Below are positions 39,401 to 53,533 of a stretch of DNA of 64,000 nucleotides, in pieces. The position numbers and the translations under genes are program-made. Below the pieces are notes generated by a model. It was not told the DNA's origin. It did no database searches and was given only the letters and a program-made list of their open reading frames with translations. This DNA is from Phallusia mammillata (taxonomy: Eukaryota): positions 30,566,001-30,630,000 of the forward strand of contig OZ281495.1 in the NCBI GenBank assembly GCA_965637545.1, given 5' to 3'. Numbering within the stretch: position 1 is the first letter of the stretch; each line of letters begins with the position of its first letter.

Positions 39401-42400
39401 CCACAGGTAGCAGAGAATTTGTACAACACAATTGTTTAAACCAGGAAATTAAATTATTTTATTCTTCCGTTCATTTTGCATACTTTTTAAATTAAAATTG
39501 CGGAACTTTTGCCCCTAAATTTTTCTGATGTTATGTACGACTAATTTTGCACCACCCACATAACTTTGCAAGGGCCAAGCAGTAGGAGCTTCACAGTAAA
39601 AGAACTGGTTTGGACCTGTGTGTAAGTTGGACAAAGCTTTTTAAATTATTAAGTCCAAGAGCTCACGTCTACGTTTTTTAAATAAGACACTTTTCGCCTA
39701 CAAAAACATGCGGATGTATTCTACAAACAAAGAGAGTTCCGCCTACCCAATTTTGCCAAAAAAAAACACGCGACTTGTACCGTTTTGGCTAAATAATACC
39801 GATTTATATCACTAACCGACCTACGTAAATTCCAACACAACTAAAACATGCCAGAAAAAGCTTTGTGACATGAAAAGGTTATGGAAAGCATAGTAGGGCA
39901 AAAGGGCGAGTGGTTGTAAACACGACCTGCATTTACACCAGTGCTTTCCCACATATCCTTCCCCTTATTCATCCTGTTTTATGTGGTATCAGAAAACTGC
40001 ACAAAACCCTGTATGGAATGTGAACAGGAAAAAAATTGCTGCACGTGAATCAAAAGAGCACTACTGTTTCATTTAAACTCACACGAATGGGTTCTGCAAC
40101 TCCTCAGTAATGTAATTCAACTGGTTCCAACCGTCGTAAGCCCACAAGCCTTGATAAAAAGCAGTGCCGATAGTTGACCACTGGATGTCGCCAGTGAAGC
40201 TGCTTTCCAGGTTGTCGGTCAGCCCTGCGTGTTTAAACAGTTGATGGCTACTTGAGTTTTCAAAAGCACTTCAACCTTGCCCATTGAAGCGGAATGAACT
40301 TATGCGTAAAACTATATAAGCAACCTTGTATGAACCGTTGGAGTTGGAAAATTTTGAAAATTTTCCATTGTCCTTAAGGATCACTGCCTTCTAAAGTACG
40401 CGAGAAGCATGTGGTGATTTAATAAGTTAATTGAGTGCTTTAAAGTTAATTCGAGACAATTTCATAACTGTTTTGGGCTACCGCACGGTTCGTCCAGGTA
40501 CAAACGTTTATTGTAGGTTTGCAAGCAAGCTCTGTTCACGGAACCATCAAAAAGTGTGTAAATATTGTTAAAAAACGTGAAATGTGATTTTTCATATCTA
40601 ACTGTTTTACTCTAAATTCCTCACTTAACAATGAACTTGTTGCCATAGAAGTTAGAATATAATGAACGTCAATCAGAAACTTTTGGGGCAATTTTGTTCT
40701 TCGTTAAAATACTTTGCAACTCTATGTGATGTGTACGTAAAGTTGTTTACATTTTAATAAATTCGTCGCGAGGCAATATTGCATCCAAACAGATTTTAAT
40801 TAAAACGTTTGAGTTGATTTTATTTCGCTTGGTGAAAAAAACATGGCGAGACGATACCACTAAAACAATCACCAAGCCGGAAATAGGTGTGGAACGTTAA
40901 AACGTCATGAAGCGCAAAAAGCGGCCGGCACAATTGCCAGATCATGACTGAACGCGCTGCAGCTACACCGTATTCTAATGCGTTAAAATTGGGCCTAAAC
41001 GTCTTGTAGATTTGTGACAATTGTATGTGAGAATTAGATTTAAGTATACCCAACTTGGAAAACATGCCCACCTGCTGATAGAGCGTAGACTCCTGTGCAG
41101 ATAACAATGAATAGAGCAAGCAACTTGGCTACGGTAAAAACTATCTGAATCCTTTCAGCAATCTTTACGCTGTAGCAGTTGATGAAACCAACCAACACTG
41201 CAAAAAAACAAAAATCAAGAATAAAACGTGACAATTGTACTTGAATATTTTAACGGGATTAACGTTGCCCTTATTTGGACAAGGAAGCCCCTAGCAAATA
41301 AACATATCAATCAAACTATGTCTGTTTCCTTCTCGAGTAAACTCTTTTTATAGTTTCTTTCAAGTAGGGTCGTTCATAAGATTTAAATGAAACGCTAACT
41401 TACGTTTAAAACACAGTTTGCAATAAGATTACAGCTATATATCCTGGAGAAGGAAGGAGTGCCAACCGCATTCTGTTAAGTAGCAACTTTATTGCTATAA
41501 CATGCTCTTACAAAATAAGTAATTTAAACCGATACTAACATAACACACTTTACAGCTAATGTATGGTTTACCGTTTCTGGTAAAATGTTGCGGTATTGGT
41601 TCCTTACTATATGATTGTGGGTGAATGCAGTAAAACTTGGGGTTTCGAAATGGTTTCAACAAGTTAAACACAGCAAAGGTTACGTGAACCGACCAATAAA
41701 CGTTAATGATTGGTGTTGAAACCGAACAACATGTACCTTCACATCACGCCACGGCACCATCGTTAAATCAAAGGTTGTTTTTTATAGATTGACCCAATGC
41801 AAGTAAATACAACATTGTGGTGATGGCGGCTTGTCGTTAAAATGTGCCAAATTAACACGCGTTTAGTATGACTTATTGGTATGACTTACTATATATCAGT
41901 GATCTATAATGTAAAAACGATATTTGAAATTTAATATAAGGGTACATATTTCCTAATTTTAGAAAACATATTCAACTTTTGGCAAAGGTTTCAATTTTTT
42001 CTTTGACCAAATTGGTGTGCCGTGATCTCTGGTCTGTACAGGCGCTTCAGGTCTGTCCCAGTTGTGAGTTAATGTTCATATTTAAGCAAATGCTTTCATT
42101 TTATATTTATTTTGAAAGCCATTCGTCAAACCCCATTTCGTCAAACGTTTATACCTATGTTAAGAAACATTGTGTATAATACTCACGTATTGCGCATGCG
42201 CTGGTCAGTTTGATCGCCATCGCAGGAACTACATCACCGTCAGAGAAGAAAGGCCGTACCACATATTCTCCAAACACCAAACCTTGAACAGACAATTACC
42301 AGAGTTAACCACCACACTTTTACCAGAAAAAAACACATTAAAAATTAGCGCGACTTTTACCTTGCACATTATTTGTTAATGATTGTATGCGACTGTGGCT

Positions 42401-44282
42401 AATGTATAGTCTCATATCACAGATGATGGCATAATCATTTGCCTAAAAATCTGGACAATACAGCATGTTGCTTTTAACATCTATTTAAGTCATTAAATTT
42501 ATTATTACACATTAAAGGTTTTTTTTTTTAATTAGTGACAATGTTTTTACTACATCTGCAAGTTCAAATGCTTCGCCAAGATTTATAAGGTTATGTCCTT
42601 GGTTTACGAAATTTGTAAGCTCCTTTAAATTTGTATTTTGAAGTATGATTTAGTGTAGGCAATGAAGCCATTTATGATAAGAACAGGCAATGGCATCTTC
42701 TTTCACAAACAATTTCGTACGTTACTACACTATGAACAAAGGTAACCGGGGTTCGAACCCGCGACCCTTGCATTGTATAGTTGTAGCGAAACATCGCATT
42801 GCGACATTAACAGATCACAACATCATGATGCCATTGTCAAGTAACAAAACGATGTAACCAAAAAATTCAACTACGCGAAACCTTACCTATGATGGCAACA
42901 GCAGACGGCTTTAAAACAATAGATGACGTCCATGCGAAGAGGAACGCAGGTACGGGACCAAAAGCCTCTCGCAAGTAAGGATATTCCGCCCCTGATTTCG
43001 GAATCATTGTTCCCAGCTCGGCATAGGTGAGCGAACCTATTATGACGACACAAATGATTAAAAAACAGATATGGAAACTTGAGACAATGCAGCAAACCAG
43101 ACTGCAACGTGTGTATTGTGTCTCGCTAGGACGAGCAGCTTAGGAGAAAGGTGATAAACTGATTGCGCAATATACAGGACTTGTTGTATGTTTTAAGTGG
43201 CACGTTTTTGGACTTAATATAATGACTAAATAAACTGCATGAAACTTTGTGTGATGGCGCAAACATAGAAAAAAAATTTAAATACTAAGATTTCCTAATC
43301 AATGTCAAATCTGCTAAGTTTCCATGTGGCTGTTTCGTATCATTAGGATACCTGCTGATATATAGATGTTAATTTTATGACAAGTTTTTTAACAGATACA
43401 CTTCCTTATTTGGATTAAATGTTGTTGTAACTTACATGTTTCTTTACGTAGAAACATTAACGTTTGGATGTACGCCAAGAGTTGTAATAAAAAGTTATGC
43501 TCAAGGCCTTGTTGGCAGTTTAATTCAATGTAAATTGTGTGTTTTAACATTTCCTGTTTGCCCGCAAACTTACAACCCTGATAACGTCTGGACCAAACCC
43601 TGTTTCAAATCATGCCTGATGAAACAAGCAGAAGATAAGAAATGACATGAGCTTGATAATAGTCAACAAACGTGATTTCTAAGTTTTCCTTGTTTAACAA
43701 ATAGACCTGCACACTGAAATTTGGTAACTATCAATTGGAGTACCTTTTTGTACACACATCTACATCAAGAGGTGTTCATTTGTGCTATGTTAGCGGACGG
43801 TAAGAAAATATTTAAGATAAATTTCGACTGTAATTTCACAGTTACGGTGTTTGTTACGCATCAATGACGTAGCGGCTTACCGAACGTAGCAACCATTCCG
43901 CATAGCAACCAGATGCCAAGACTGGCTCCGATTGATCCCACATTCCGGAGGACTCCCACAGGCGAGATGAAGATCCCACTTCCCACCATTGATCCCACTA
44001 TCACACTCACTCCTCCGAGAAGAGTGATCTGTTACAAGGAAAAGTATTTTCTACTTAACAATAAAAACACAAAATTTAGCAACATTGAAAATAAACAGAA
44101 CAAAGTTTTTTCAAAAAAAATTATTTCAATTCCGTTTGGTCAAATCATTAAGTTGGAGTTATTTCGTTGGAGATACATTAGTAACCTTGACTTGCCTCTC
44201 GTTTTAGACGAAACTTCTTCGACAAATCTTCATCGGTTTCCATAATGTCCTTCTCATCATTATTGTTATTGTTGTTGCCCAT
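36402..44282 (-). CDS. SLC7A9: SLC7 heteromeric amino-acid transporter light chain, b(0,+)AT/SLC7A9-like (12 exons, ~488 aa)
   Basis: Exons (minus) 44282-44196, 44028-43881, 43036-42887, 42282-42187, 41197-41072, 40224-40083, 38871-38748, 38285-38182, 37993-37897, 37379-37230, 36915-36747, 36475-36402; phases match, total 1467 nt. Motifs: [82 protein letters not shown]. Confidence 0.93.
38958..39130 (-). repeat. Dispersed ~170-bp repeat family, copy A (SINE/LINE-tail-like)
   Basis: Shares GTTGAGTTTATTTCGCTTGGTGA...CACCAAGCCGGAAATAGCTGCGCAA...CGCGCTGCAGCTACAC with the copies at 40809-40985, 47638-47745, 54380-54545 and 55219-55300. Confidence 0.8.
40809..40985 (-). repeat. Dispersed repeat family, copy B
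   Basis: TTGAGTTGATTTTATTTCGCTTGGTGA...CACCAAGCCGGAAATAG...AACGCGCTGCAGCTACACCG. Confidence 0.8.
42745..42812 (-). repeat. tRNA-like B-box fragment (SINE head remnant)
   Basis: Minus strand GGGTCGCGGGTTCGAACCCCGGT. A similar fragment lies at ~25453-25480 (GGTCGTGGGTTTGAACCCC). Confidence 0.4.
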
Positions 44283-47200
44283 GTTGATTACAATTTCCAG
44301 TTTATTATATTGATTCAGTTGGAAATTATTGTTAATTGCTTCGTCAAAAATTAAACCAGAGCTAAAGGATTCTATCTGCAAAAAAAGTCAAAAAACATAT
44401 TTTTTCTAGTTACAAACCTACCTATACTTTGACGACCATTATTAACGAGTATCTTTTAACACTCATTATGTAAACAAAAATTCTGATTTCATGTAAGCAT
44501 TTTGATTTCAAATCATTTTGAAAAATATTTATTGCATCATCTGTTACATCATAATCAAAATAAAAGCAAATATTATAGTTTTTGTAACAACTTTATAATT
44601 AACCGTAAATAGCGTGAAGTTAGAGTGTTTGTAAGCGCAAAACAACGCTACACAACGTTTTAATAGGGAAATCCTGTACACATTCTGATGCAGTTTTGAC
44701 AAACTTATAATTCTTGCTTTTTTGTTACACAAAGCGCAAAACATTACCACTGGCCCCCTGTCAGTTTTGTCTTATCAATGCCATACATTCTCCACCACCC
44801 GTCAGCACTACAAGGACCTAGTCTTCTAGCGTTAAACTGACAAACAGTATTTTTTTAACAGTCTTGTCGAACCGATTGACGTCATGTAACTTTTTGCCGT
44901 ACACTTAATGAAGCAAACTTTACGATGCCGAAACCAATAAGACGTCGCAAATTAGTTTAATGTACCGCGATGGACCCAGTGAATATTGCGTATTAGAGCG
45001 TACACAGTGACGAAATCAACGAAGATTAACCCCTCCCCTACTTATTTGCAAAAGCGTTTCCAACTGACCCTTTAGGCTCTAAACATGACATATCTATTTA
45101 TATTTACTCATACGTCTACGATGTACGTACTTATAATCCCCTACGCACTAATTTACAAGCTGAATGATAGTTAAGTTATGTACTTTAGTGTAGCGTTTAA
45201 CAATTCCATGTAAGTCACATAAGGCTCCCGACCACAATGACCAAACGATGCAACTACAGGAAAATATCGTGACATGAAAACAAGTGTAGGTTTGTTAACT
45301 CTGTTTTTAGACATGCTAACCTGCCAATATGACAACACTTGCAATGTACAGAAACCTGCATCGACCTATGCTGCCGTAACTACCGATATACAGTTCTAAT
45401 CTCAATCACGCGTTGTACGCATGCGGAACGCACGTAAGATAACGTTTGGTTTTCCAAATAAACTAATCTTAATACAAAGCCCTTCAGTGAACTTATTTTA
45501 ATCTCTTTTTAGCAATTTCCACGTAAAATGCGCAGGTGTCGTGTCTTTCGACACGGAATAACTTGTTTGTTGAATTCCATTGAACCGGGATTTGAAACAA
45601 AACTTCACGTCTTTGCTCTACTAATTCCAACCTATTATAAACTACAAACATAATTAAAATTAAAAAAAATTAACATGGCTGCATTTGACATTGCAGTTGA
45701 CAGACCTAATAACAACACGTTCAACCACAATATACAAACTTTACAACTGTGCGGAAGGAAGTTCTCACCGGCTATCGGTTGTGGCTGTGTCAACACAACA
45801 AATACGTGGTAACAATTGTCAGCTTTTGTTTACAAATATAGCTTGATGTTTTGTTCTGAGACGGATCAAATTTTCGACTGCCTGAAACTAGTTCGAGAAC
45901 CGGCTTGAAGTTGGTCCAAATTAAATATATCTGTTTGCTTGTCATGGCACAAATATATTTGAGCTAATGTATAACTGTGTCAATCTTTCGGTGCGGACTT
46001 TTTTTAAATCCGTCAAAAATCGAACTTTTAACTGCATTAAATTATTGCTTAAAGTTTGTAAAATACGATAAGTTTTCTACGAAGTACCTAATGTTTAAAA
46101 GCATTTCAATTAACATGAAAGTTGTTTCGGAGTGTCATTTAAAAGTTTTTTGTCTTGACAACAAAAAATTCCATCCCAAACATTCTTCGGCACGAATCTT
46201 TGGGGTCCTGCAGAATTATTTCTTTCAAATCACAGGCCACGGTTTTGTCCCGAACTGTTGGAAAAAGGGATTCTGTACATCGTTGCTATTTACCAAACTT
46301 AACTCTGTGCATAAATCACTTTTTCTTATCTTTCCCAACCTGTCTTCTCTGTGACAGCTCATCCTTCTTTATCTCTTGTGTATTGCAAGACAGCTAATAC
46401 AAGAAAAGATGACGTAACATGCTTTTTCTGTCGCTAATTACGCCTGCAGCGAACGAATATTCCAAAGCTTCTAAGCGTTTGAACCTTGCGTGTTCGTGTA
46501 TTCTGCATTATGCGCTTATCTACAAAAGTGGTTTCTCAAATTCAACTCATCTACTTGGACTTATGATAACAGCAGTGATTGCTAAAACTTCTCCATCAAA
46601 TGCATTCAATGTACACTAGCTGTCTTGAAGTTTTTTTATCAAGGTCCTTTAAATTGTCCAATTAAAATCATGAAGTCCTTTTAGAATAGATGCCAAATAG
46701 CAAAACAACTGCAACTTGGAAACCACTTCACTATGTATTTCTTTTCGAATCACAACAAAGTGCATATCGTTGTTAAAAAAGTTGCTACGCCGTTGTGCAG
46801 ACATTTCAGAAAAGTTTCACAACCATCGGCCTATTATATCCGGGATGACCGCTGTGGTAAATTTAAACCACCCTGAGTACAAGTTAAAGTGCTTCGCACA
46901 TTAACCAACAACGTACGAATTCGCTTTAAGTGGTTGTTAGAAACACCGCCGAAATGGTTTAGCCAGGTTACTTCCAGCGGTCCAATGCAAGTAAACCGGT
47001 TCCAAAGCTTCATTCCAGCAAGTTGCTAAAATTGCACATGTTTTGTAGACTAGCAATTCTACAACTAGTTGACTTTGCAAATTAGCAATGCAGTTAGTAT
47101 TTTCGTATCTTCTCAAAACGACATTGCAATTGTTCCCCTAAAAATTTCAATTAGATAAATATAAGACAAAGGTCATAGTCGTAACATAAACACGTTTTTA

Positions 47201-47637
47201 GGGGGTGCAAAGAGGGGGGGCAAGACAGCCCTGTTAGGGTGAGGTCAGTTATCCATCACATTTACAACTAATCACATCAGGTCGTCAAGCCGCAGATGGA
47301 TTGGAAAACTCCAAGTGGCCCATTGAGAACCATTTCGCGTAAAACAACAAAAGAATCCGTTGTTACGTAGACAAAAGAAAGCGCTGCCACAGCAGGACCT
47401 CTTGAAATGAACAAACCGGTGAACTGGGTCAAAGGTCGTGGGTGACCTTAAAATGCCGGTGGTTACGCAATAATGGTCAATGTGACGCGAAAATAGATTT
47501 TGCGACGGACTGGTTCGATCTCATCAAATAGGTTTTGCTGATTCAGGTACGCCCAATCTACATTGTGATTTCCCGAGAATTTGAGTATGGCTCACCAAAA
47601 CAAAGAATTACCATTTTAAAGCGCCAGATTCTGTAAA

Positions 47638-47745
47638 CGGTGTAGCTGCAGCGCGTTCAGCCATGATCCACCAACTGTGCCCTCCAACTTTTGTGCTTCA
47701 TAACGTTCTGGCATTGCGCAGCTATTTCCGTACTACTGCGTTGCT
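47638..47745 (+). repeat. Dispersed repeat family, copy C (3'-incomplete)
   Basis: GGTGTAGCTGCAGCGCGTTCAG...TTGCGCAGCTATTTCCG. Confidence 0.7.
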
Positions 47746-48650
47746 ATGTTTTCTTTCAGTAAGAGAAAAGAACTCAAAGTCTTATATTATATACCACACT
47801 GCAAAAAAGCCTTGAGTTGTCTATTTGTTGGAACAGTCTATTCAAAATAAAAAACAACAACATCAATTTCTTAAATTGTTGCAGTTGTTGAAATTCTGGT
47901 TCAGTTAAGCTCGACACGTATCTTTTTTTCACATCGTAGTTACATGAGTGCTTTAATCAATAGTAGTTATTCCTTCAATCTCCAAGGATGACTAGGTTGA
48001 TTAAAACGAATTGATTTTCGTAAATGCGGGAAATTAAAACGATGCCTATCGGTTTAATTTAATCTGGTTCTATCATCTGCCACTGTCTGGATTATACGGT
48101 TTTGCACCAACAAACAAAATGAAGAATATAGTATAATTCTGAAAAGAAAAATTGCTACATTTATGTGTTTTTACTGACGGTGAAAATAAAAAACAAAATT
48201 GAATTTAATGTAATGATTTATTCGGCGTTAAGCGGCGGAAAACAACCATTAAACCACGGAAAATAAACGAATATTCAATTCCCAATGAAAACATCAAGTA
48301 CTGCCACTACCACAAAATTAGCCATGGTTTCAACACAACAACAGAAATTTAACACTTCTCTGGCATGCGTTGTTAATCAAATCGTAAATGTAGCTAGCAG
48401 TTGTGGCCACAACAATTAGCTGATGTTTGTATACCATTCCTAGCTATCGTTGCTAACAGACTGGAAATGTAATTTGAAACTGTTTCGCCACCCAACAAGT
48501 TCCTGTCCGTCGTAACGCCAAACTCTATGTGTTAATTTTGTGCATATACGGGGTTACTAAGCCAACAATTATCAAAAATTTAAAGCATTAATTATTCGGC
48601 AGCACATGACCTTTACGCCAAATAAAGACTGAAATCTTATTCTTTTCAAC

Positions 48651-48690
<40 letters not shown>
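48651..48690. repeat. (CAA)n microsatellite, about 13 units
   Basis: Uninterrupted ACAACAACA... run seen directly. Confidence 0.95.
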
Positions 48691-49501
48691 AAACAGTAGT
48701 AAAATGACCCTATTTGTAGCTTAACAATCCAGTATTGGTTTTACCAGTCGTGGTCCACAACGTTACTACTATTACGGATATGACGATGGGCGGTTGAGAA
48801 TCTAGGACACCACAAACATAAGGTGTCGTAGCAACCATTGAAAATATCAACGGTATTTAGTCTAGAGTACTAGGAGATTTACTACAAAACCGTTTGAGGT
48901 TTTAATTGCAATGATCTGGAGCTTCACGTTGTACTACGAAACTAAAAAATGTTCAGATTCAAAAATGTATTTGAATTTTTAAATGATGCAAGACAGTTTG
49001 ACGGCTACTTGACACGAAGTCAAAAAAATGGTTAATCCAGAACGTATTTTTTTACAAATTTTCCTGTTTCTTCACTGCATTAAGTTCTGCACAAAGCGAT
49101 TCTTTTAAATCCCCTTCCTGACAAACCACACTAACAGATGCTCTGATACGTAGTCTTACAGCCTCCTGAGTTCACTGATTTGCTATTGGCCAGAGAGTCT
49201 TAACGTCCTAGGAATAAAGGTATACTAGGCCATATTCGCGGCTTCAACACTACATGCAGGCTACGCTCTCTGGAATACATTTCCAAACTCCTAGCAGAAG
49301 CACAACGCCCGAATCGAAATGTAGAGTTTGGTTGTTGGTTGTCAAGCGTGGCACGTGCAATCCTAGTGATGTGTGACGCCCCTTTCTCTCGTGCTGTTTG
49401 CGCGGGAAGGACATCTACTTGTTTCTGTAAGTTGTTCTTTGGTTTCACGCACGCGTTGACCGACTGATCGAGTCCTGATAGAATCCAACCACGTGCTATT
49501 G

Positions 49502-49994
49502 CAGAGGGTGCACAATCTGCGGCCGTATGACCGCATGCCGCATGCGAACGATGGAGCAAGTCTATGCGGCCGTGAACATGTAGCCTATGCTAAGCAAAAA
49601 TACATGTACTGGCGGTTGTGACACAAGTAAATTTTATATGTTTGGATTTCAAAACTGCCCTTTTATAGATTTTGTGGCACTGAATAGTTTTACCAGTCTA
49701 GTAGCCATATGTGTCCGACCTTTTGCATGCCTATTGTGTGCAAACAATGCGAAAAACGACCCCGTATGCGTCAAAATATAGATGGTGACGTCATAAACAG
49801 TTATCAGCTCCATCTGCGCATCAAGTTAGAAATTAACCTTGGCTTTTCAGGCTCCTTTAAGTATTATATATTTCGAATAAGCCTATTTCTTTACATCAGT
49901 ATTTTATAAACAAAAACAATAAGACACTTGGTAGCCGTTGAGGAAATAAGTATCTGCGATGCGGCCGTCATAGCGAAAAAGTTGTGCACCCCTA
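49502..49994. mobile_element. Degenerate hAT-type MITE
   Basis: Ends CAGAGGGTGCACAA and GTTGTGCACCCCTA with subterminal TGCGGCCGTCAT/ATGCGGCCG motifs; no clear TSD. Confidence 0.5.
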
Positions 49995-50886
49995 TTTAAT
50001 TGTAGTAAGCAGCGTAATTGTAGTAGTAAGCAACTTTACAAGGGGGATGGGACACAACGCATGATTTGAGTGCTAAGTACACGAAAAATTGCTTCAAAAA
50101 GAATTGCAACATTTGATGTGAAAGAGATTAGTGGTTTCAATCTGCAGAAACAAATGTTTTATGTCGTTTCTATCGTAACGTCCACTTAAAATCATGAATG
50201 GGCAATGTCTGCTTCTGAAATGTACTTTTGCACTTGACTGTCACCTCGCGGCAAAAAGTTTAAACTTATGTGCTCACTTGGTAACAGAAGCGAGCTTCCT
50301 AGGTGTAAATTTTACAGTATTTTTTTTTCTCTTTGACAATTTGAAATGGATTGCAAATGGGCTATAAAAGACGCATAACTTAAGCATTAACAAAAAATGA
50401 CTCTTTGCATAAAATACCTAGTTGAAAAAGTTGTTGTGTACCTGTCGTTCGATGTTTGGTGTTTTTTTTATAATGGTTGAGGCGAACAGTTACATGAAAA
50501 ATAGCCTATTATTCTTTAGCCCTCAGTTGTTGGGACATACTGACACAACACTTAGGTTTTTTTAATGACTAAGCTGTTTTTTTTTAACTGAACGAGTCGT
50601 ACTTTCATGTATGACTTACTGCAGAATTTACTCCAAAAGTAGAAATTGTACCAAATACATGTGTTTCTTTTTTACTGATAAAACGTAAACCACGACACCG
50701 CAGTAAAAACAAAAACTTAATCAACAAAACGTGCTAACAAAGAAATTAACATGAATTATGGAACTTTTTAACAACAGAGGTTAGTAATACAAAGCAAGTG
50801 TACAAATGTGTGTTGCATATGTTAAATTGTTGTTGAAGTGCTGGTGAGTGTACAATTTCCATGTGGATGTTTGATGACTTAACACT

Positions 50887-53533
50887 TTATTCATCTATTA
50901 TTCCACACACTAGGTTGGCAGGGACAGATGCATCTGCAAAAACATGATCAGGTTATATTTTTTAAGTAAAAGTGACATGTTTCGATATTATGGATAGGTT
51001 ATTTTGTAAAAATCACTGTTGCGGTCTTAATTGTTAAGGTAAAACAATAATGTTATGTAATATTGTCATACCGTTTGAGCGTTATCAATTAAGAAAAAAA
51101 TTGACAAAAAAAACTGGTAAATTTTTATTTCAGTTTTAAAAGCAAACCTTTTTTTTCACCATATAAGAACACTGACCTATACGTTTAGGATAAGGCAGGT
51201 TTAAGTTTTCCATAATGTTTATAAATTCGTCTTTCGATTTGGAAAGTCTTGGATTGTATTTCATTTCCTCTGCGACACTCGTTTCACTGAAACCTAAATC
51301 AACAGTGAGTAAAGCATTATGAACTGTGTTCTGTTGGTAAGTTAGCTGGATGAATAATGCATGAAACCATCATATGATTGAATGCTGTTTTTAGCATAAC
51401 TTTCAGCATAATGTTTTGGTCTGTATGATGTCACACATGTATAAAGGACCATTTAGATGTATAAGGGACCATTATGACCATTTAGAAGGATATTTGTAAA
51501 AAGTCACAAATTGTGAGGAAAAAGTGTCAGCTAAAAAAACTTTAATTCAATTAAACTTTTTGTCATACAGCCTACAAACAGAATCATACAATATACCAGA
51601 ACTTATCTTCAATGTAAATACATAAACGAGAGTAACTCCTGAATTACATCACACGTAATACTCTACTGTTACATCTCTGGTTACCTTTGTAATCATGTGC
51701 AGGAAAGATCCTGTAATGTGGTGGCAGAGTGAAGATTTGTTTGTGCACAGATTCATATAGTGTAGATGGGTCACCTGGTCATATAAGAAAATTGCTAGTT
51801 TAAATTTATTTATGTTTTCATAACAAACATAGAGTCCATACATAAAAATTATCCGTCTAAAATGCAATGATTCTTTTGTCAAATAAAATATACTGACACA
51901 CTTACAGATCATTTTACAACCATAAAATTGTGTACTTGTTTTCTTTTCATAATTTCTTTACACAGCACCATGCTAATTGGATTTGATAGTCCTTTCATTG
52001 AACTGACACGAAATATGGGTCAACACTTTTCACAAAGGGTACCAACCCTGTTGGAAGTCCGTTCTACCACAGGCCCGAACCATCAAAGCATCACCAGTGA
52101 ATGCAAGACTGTGTTCATGCATAACGTAAGTTGTGCAACCATTGGTGTGACCTGGGGTTGCTCTGGCCTCCAACGTCTATAAAAATATGACAAACAATGT
52201 CAATTTAAACAGGCATCACCCATTTTCACTAAAATGAGTGGTTAGTTTAAGGGCGTTTCTTAATAGACCCAACCATGTCCATTAGCATTAATTTGTTTTA
52301 TGTTGATATATTTGTACAAAGTGATATATTTGTAGTGTTAAATAAATAAATTCATGTGCAATTCACCCCCTTAAAATATTTGTATACCTGATTACCAAAC
52401 TTAAGACTATCCATATGTCCAAGATAGACATCAGATTTTCCCCCACTTTTGTCGCTTAGCACAGACTTGCAACAAGGCAATGCTTGTTTTAGCTTTCCAG
52501 TTCCCGTAATATGATCAGCATGAACATGAGTGTTTACTACATAAACAAAGAGCAATGTTCAAGTTTTAGTTCAAGAGGCACCTGTAGGTTTAGTTGCATG
52601 TGAAGTGATTCTAATGCAGTTTTTCAATTAAATCCTGTGAAGTTACTAAGACATAATTTTCTCTTCAAAAAAAGAGCTTATTCTGATAATAAATATCAAC
52701 AAACTGATTTTCGTTAATGTGTTTCTTTTTTATTCTCAATGGGAGGGTAACACTTGAATGTGTTGTGCTCACAATGGGCCCTTTAAGCCCACAATGTATT
52801 TAAAGCAGGTTACAGATAAGCATCATATATGTTGGAGTATCAAAACAGATCAAGAATATATGCAACAACTCCATGTTAAGAAACAATTTTGTTTTAAACT
52901 TCAGTCATGTTTTTGACATGGTATACAAGTTCTGTGCAAACAATAACCCAATTTATTTAAATGTTGGGTACAAAAAATGTGATACTTACAGCCATAAACC
53001 AATTTAACATCCAGTTCTTTAATCAATTTTAAATCTCTTTCAACCTGCAAAAAATAGTAAATGGGATAACTTTTATTGCTTTTAACATCATAATGTGATT
53101 TATATAATTATACTTTAGCCAACAACTAATCAATATAAACCCCAAAAGAACTAGAAATTTATAATTTAATGAATCTTTTTTGACACAGTGTATATATACT
53201 GTATCAAAAACTTGTGTAATGTATCATAAACTTACACAATCGATTACTGGGTCGATCAGAATTGCCTCATTTGTCTTTGTGCATGCCAACAGGTAAGTAT
53301 ATGTTGATGTGTCCTTGTGAAAAAGCTGCACATAAGAAATTGACATGAGATGTTTGTAAAACTACACATTTTTTTCAATCAATCCAAAATGCTCATTAAA
53401 ATACTTGGTTTTTGTTAAATAGTGCATTTTGCAAGTAAAGGTAAGTTCGTAAATTTTAGTTAAGTAAAAAATTAACTTAATTATTAGATACCTGTCGAAA
53501 AAGCAGGCCGTTTCCATTAGATGTGATAGGCAT
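50887..53533 (-). CDS. ETHE1: Persulfide dioxygenase ETHE1 (metallo-beta-lactamase fold; 8 exons, ~239 aa from the first visible ATG)
   Basis: Exons (minus) 53533(53575)-53492, 53325-53236, 53044-52990, 52536-52388, 52176-52047, 51774-51685, 51293-51177, 50933-50887; phases match. Motifs: [86 protein letters not shown]. Confidence 0.95.

Noticed and set aside
43913-44245. 110-aa + strand ORF ([10 protein letters not shown]...)
   Set aside because: Antisense shadow of SLC7 exons 1-2.
48651-48690. (CAA)n run as a coding polyQ or polyN tract
   Set aside because: Intergenic and not within any modelled exon; an ordinary microsatellite.
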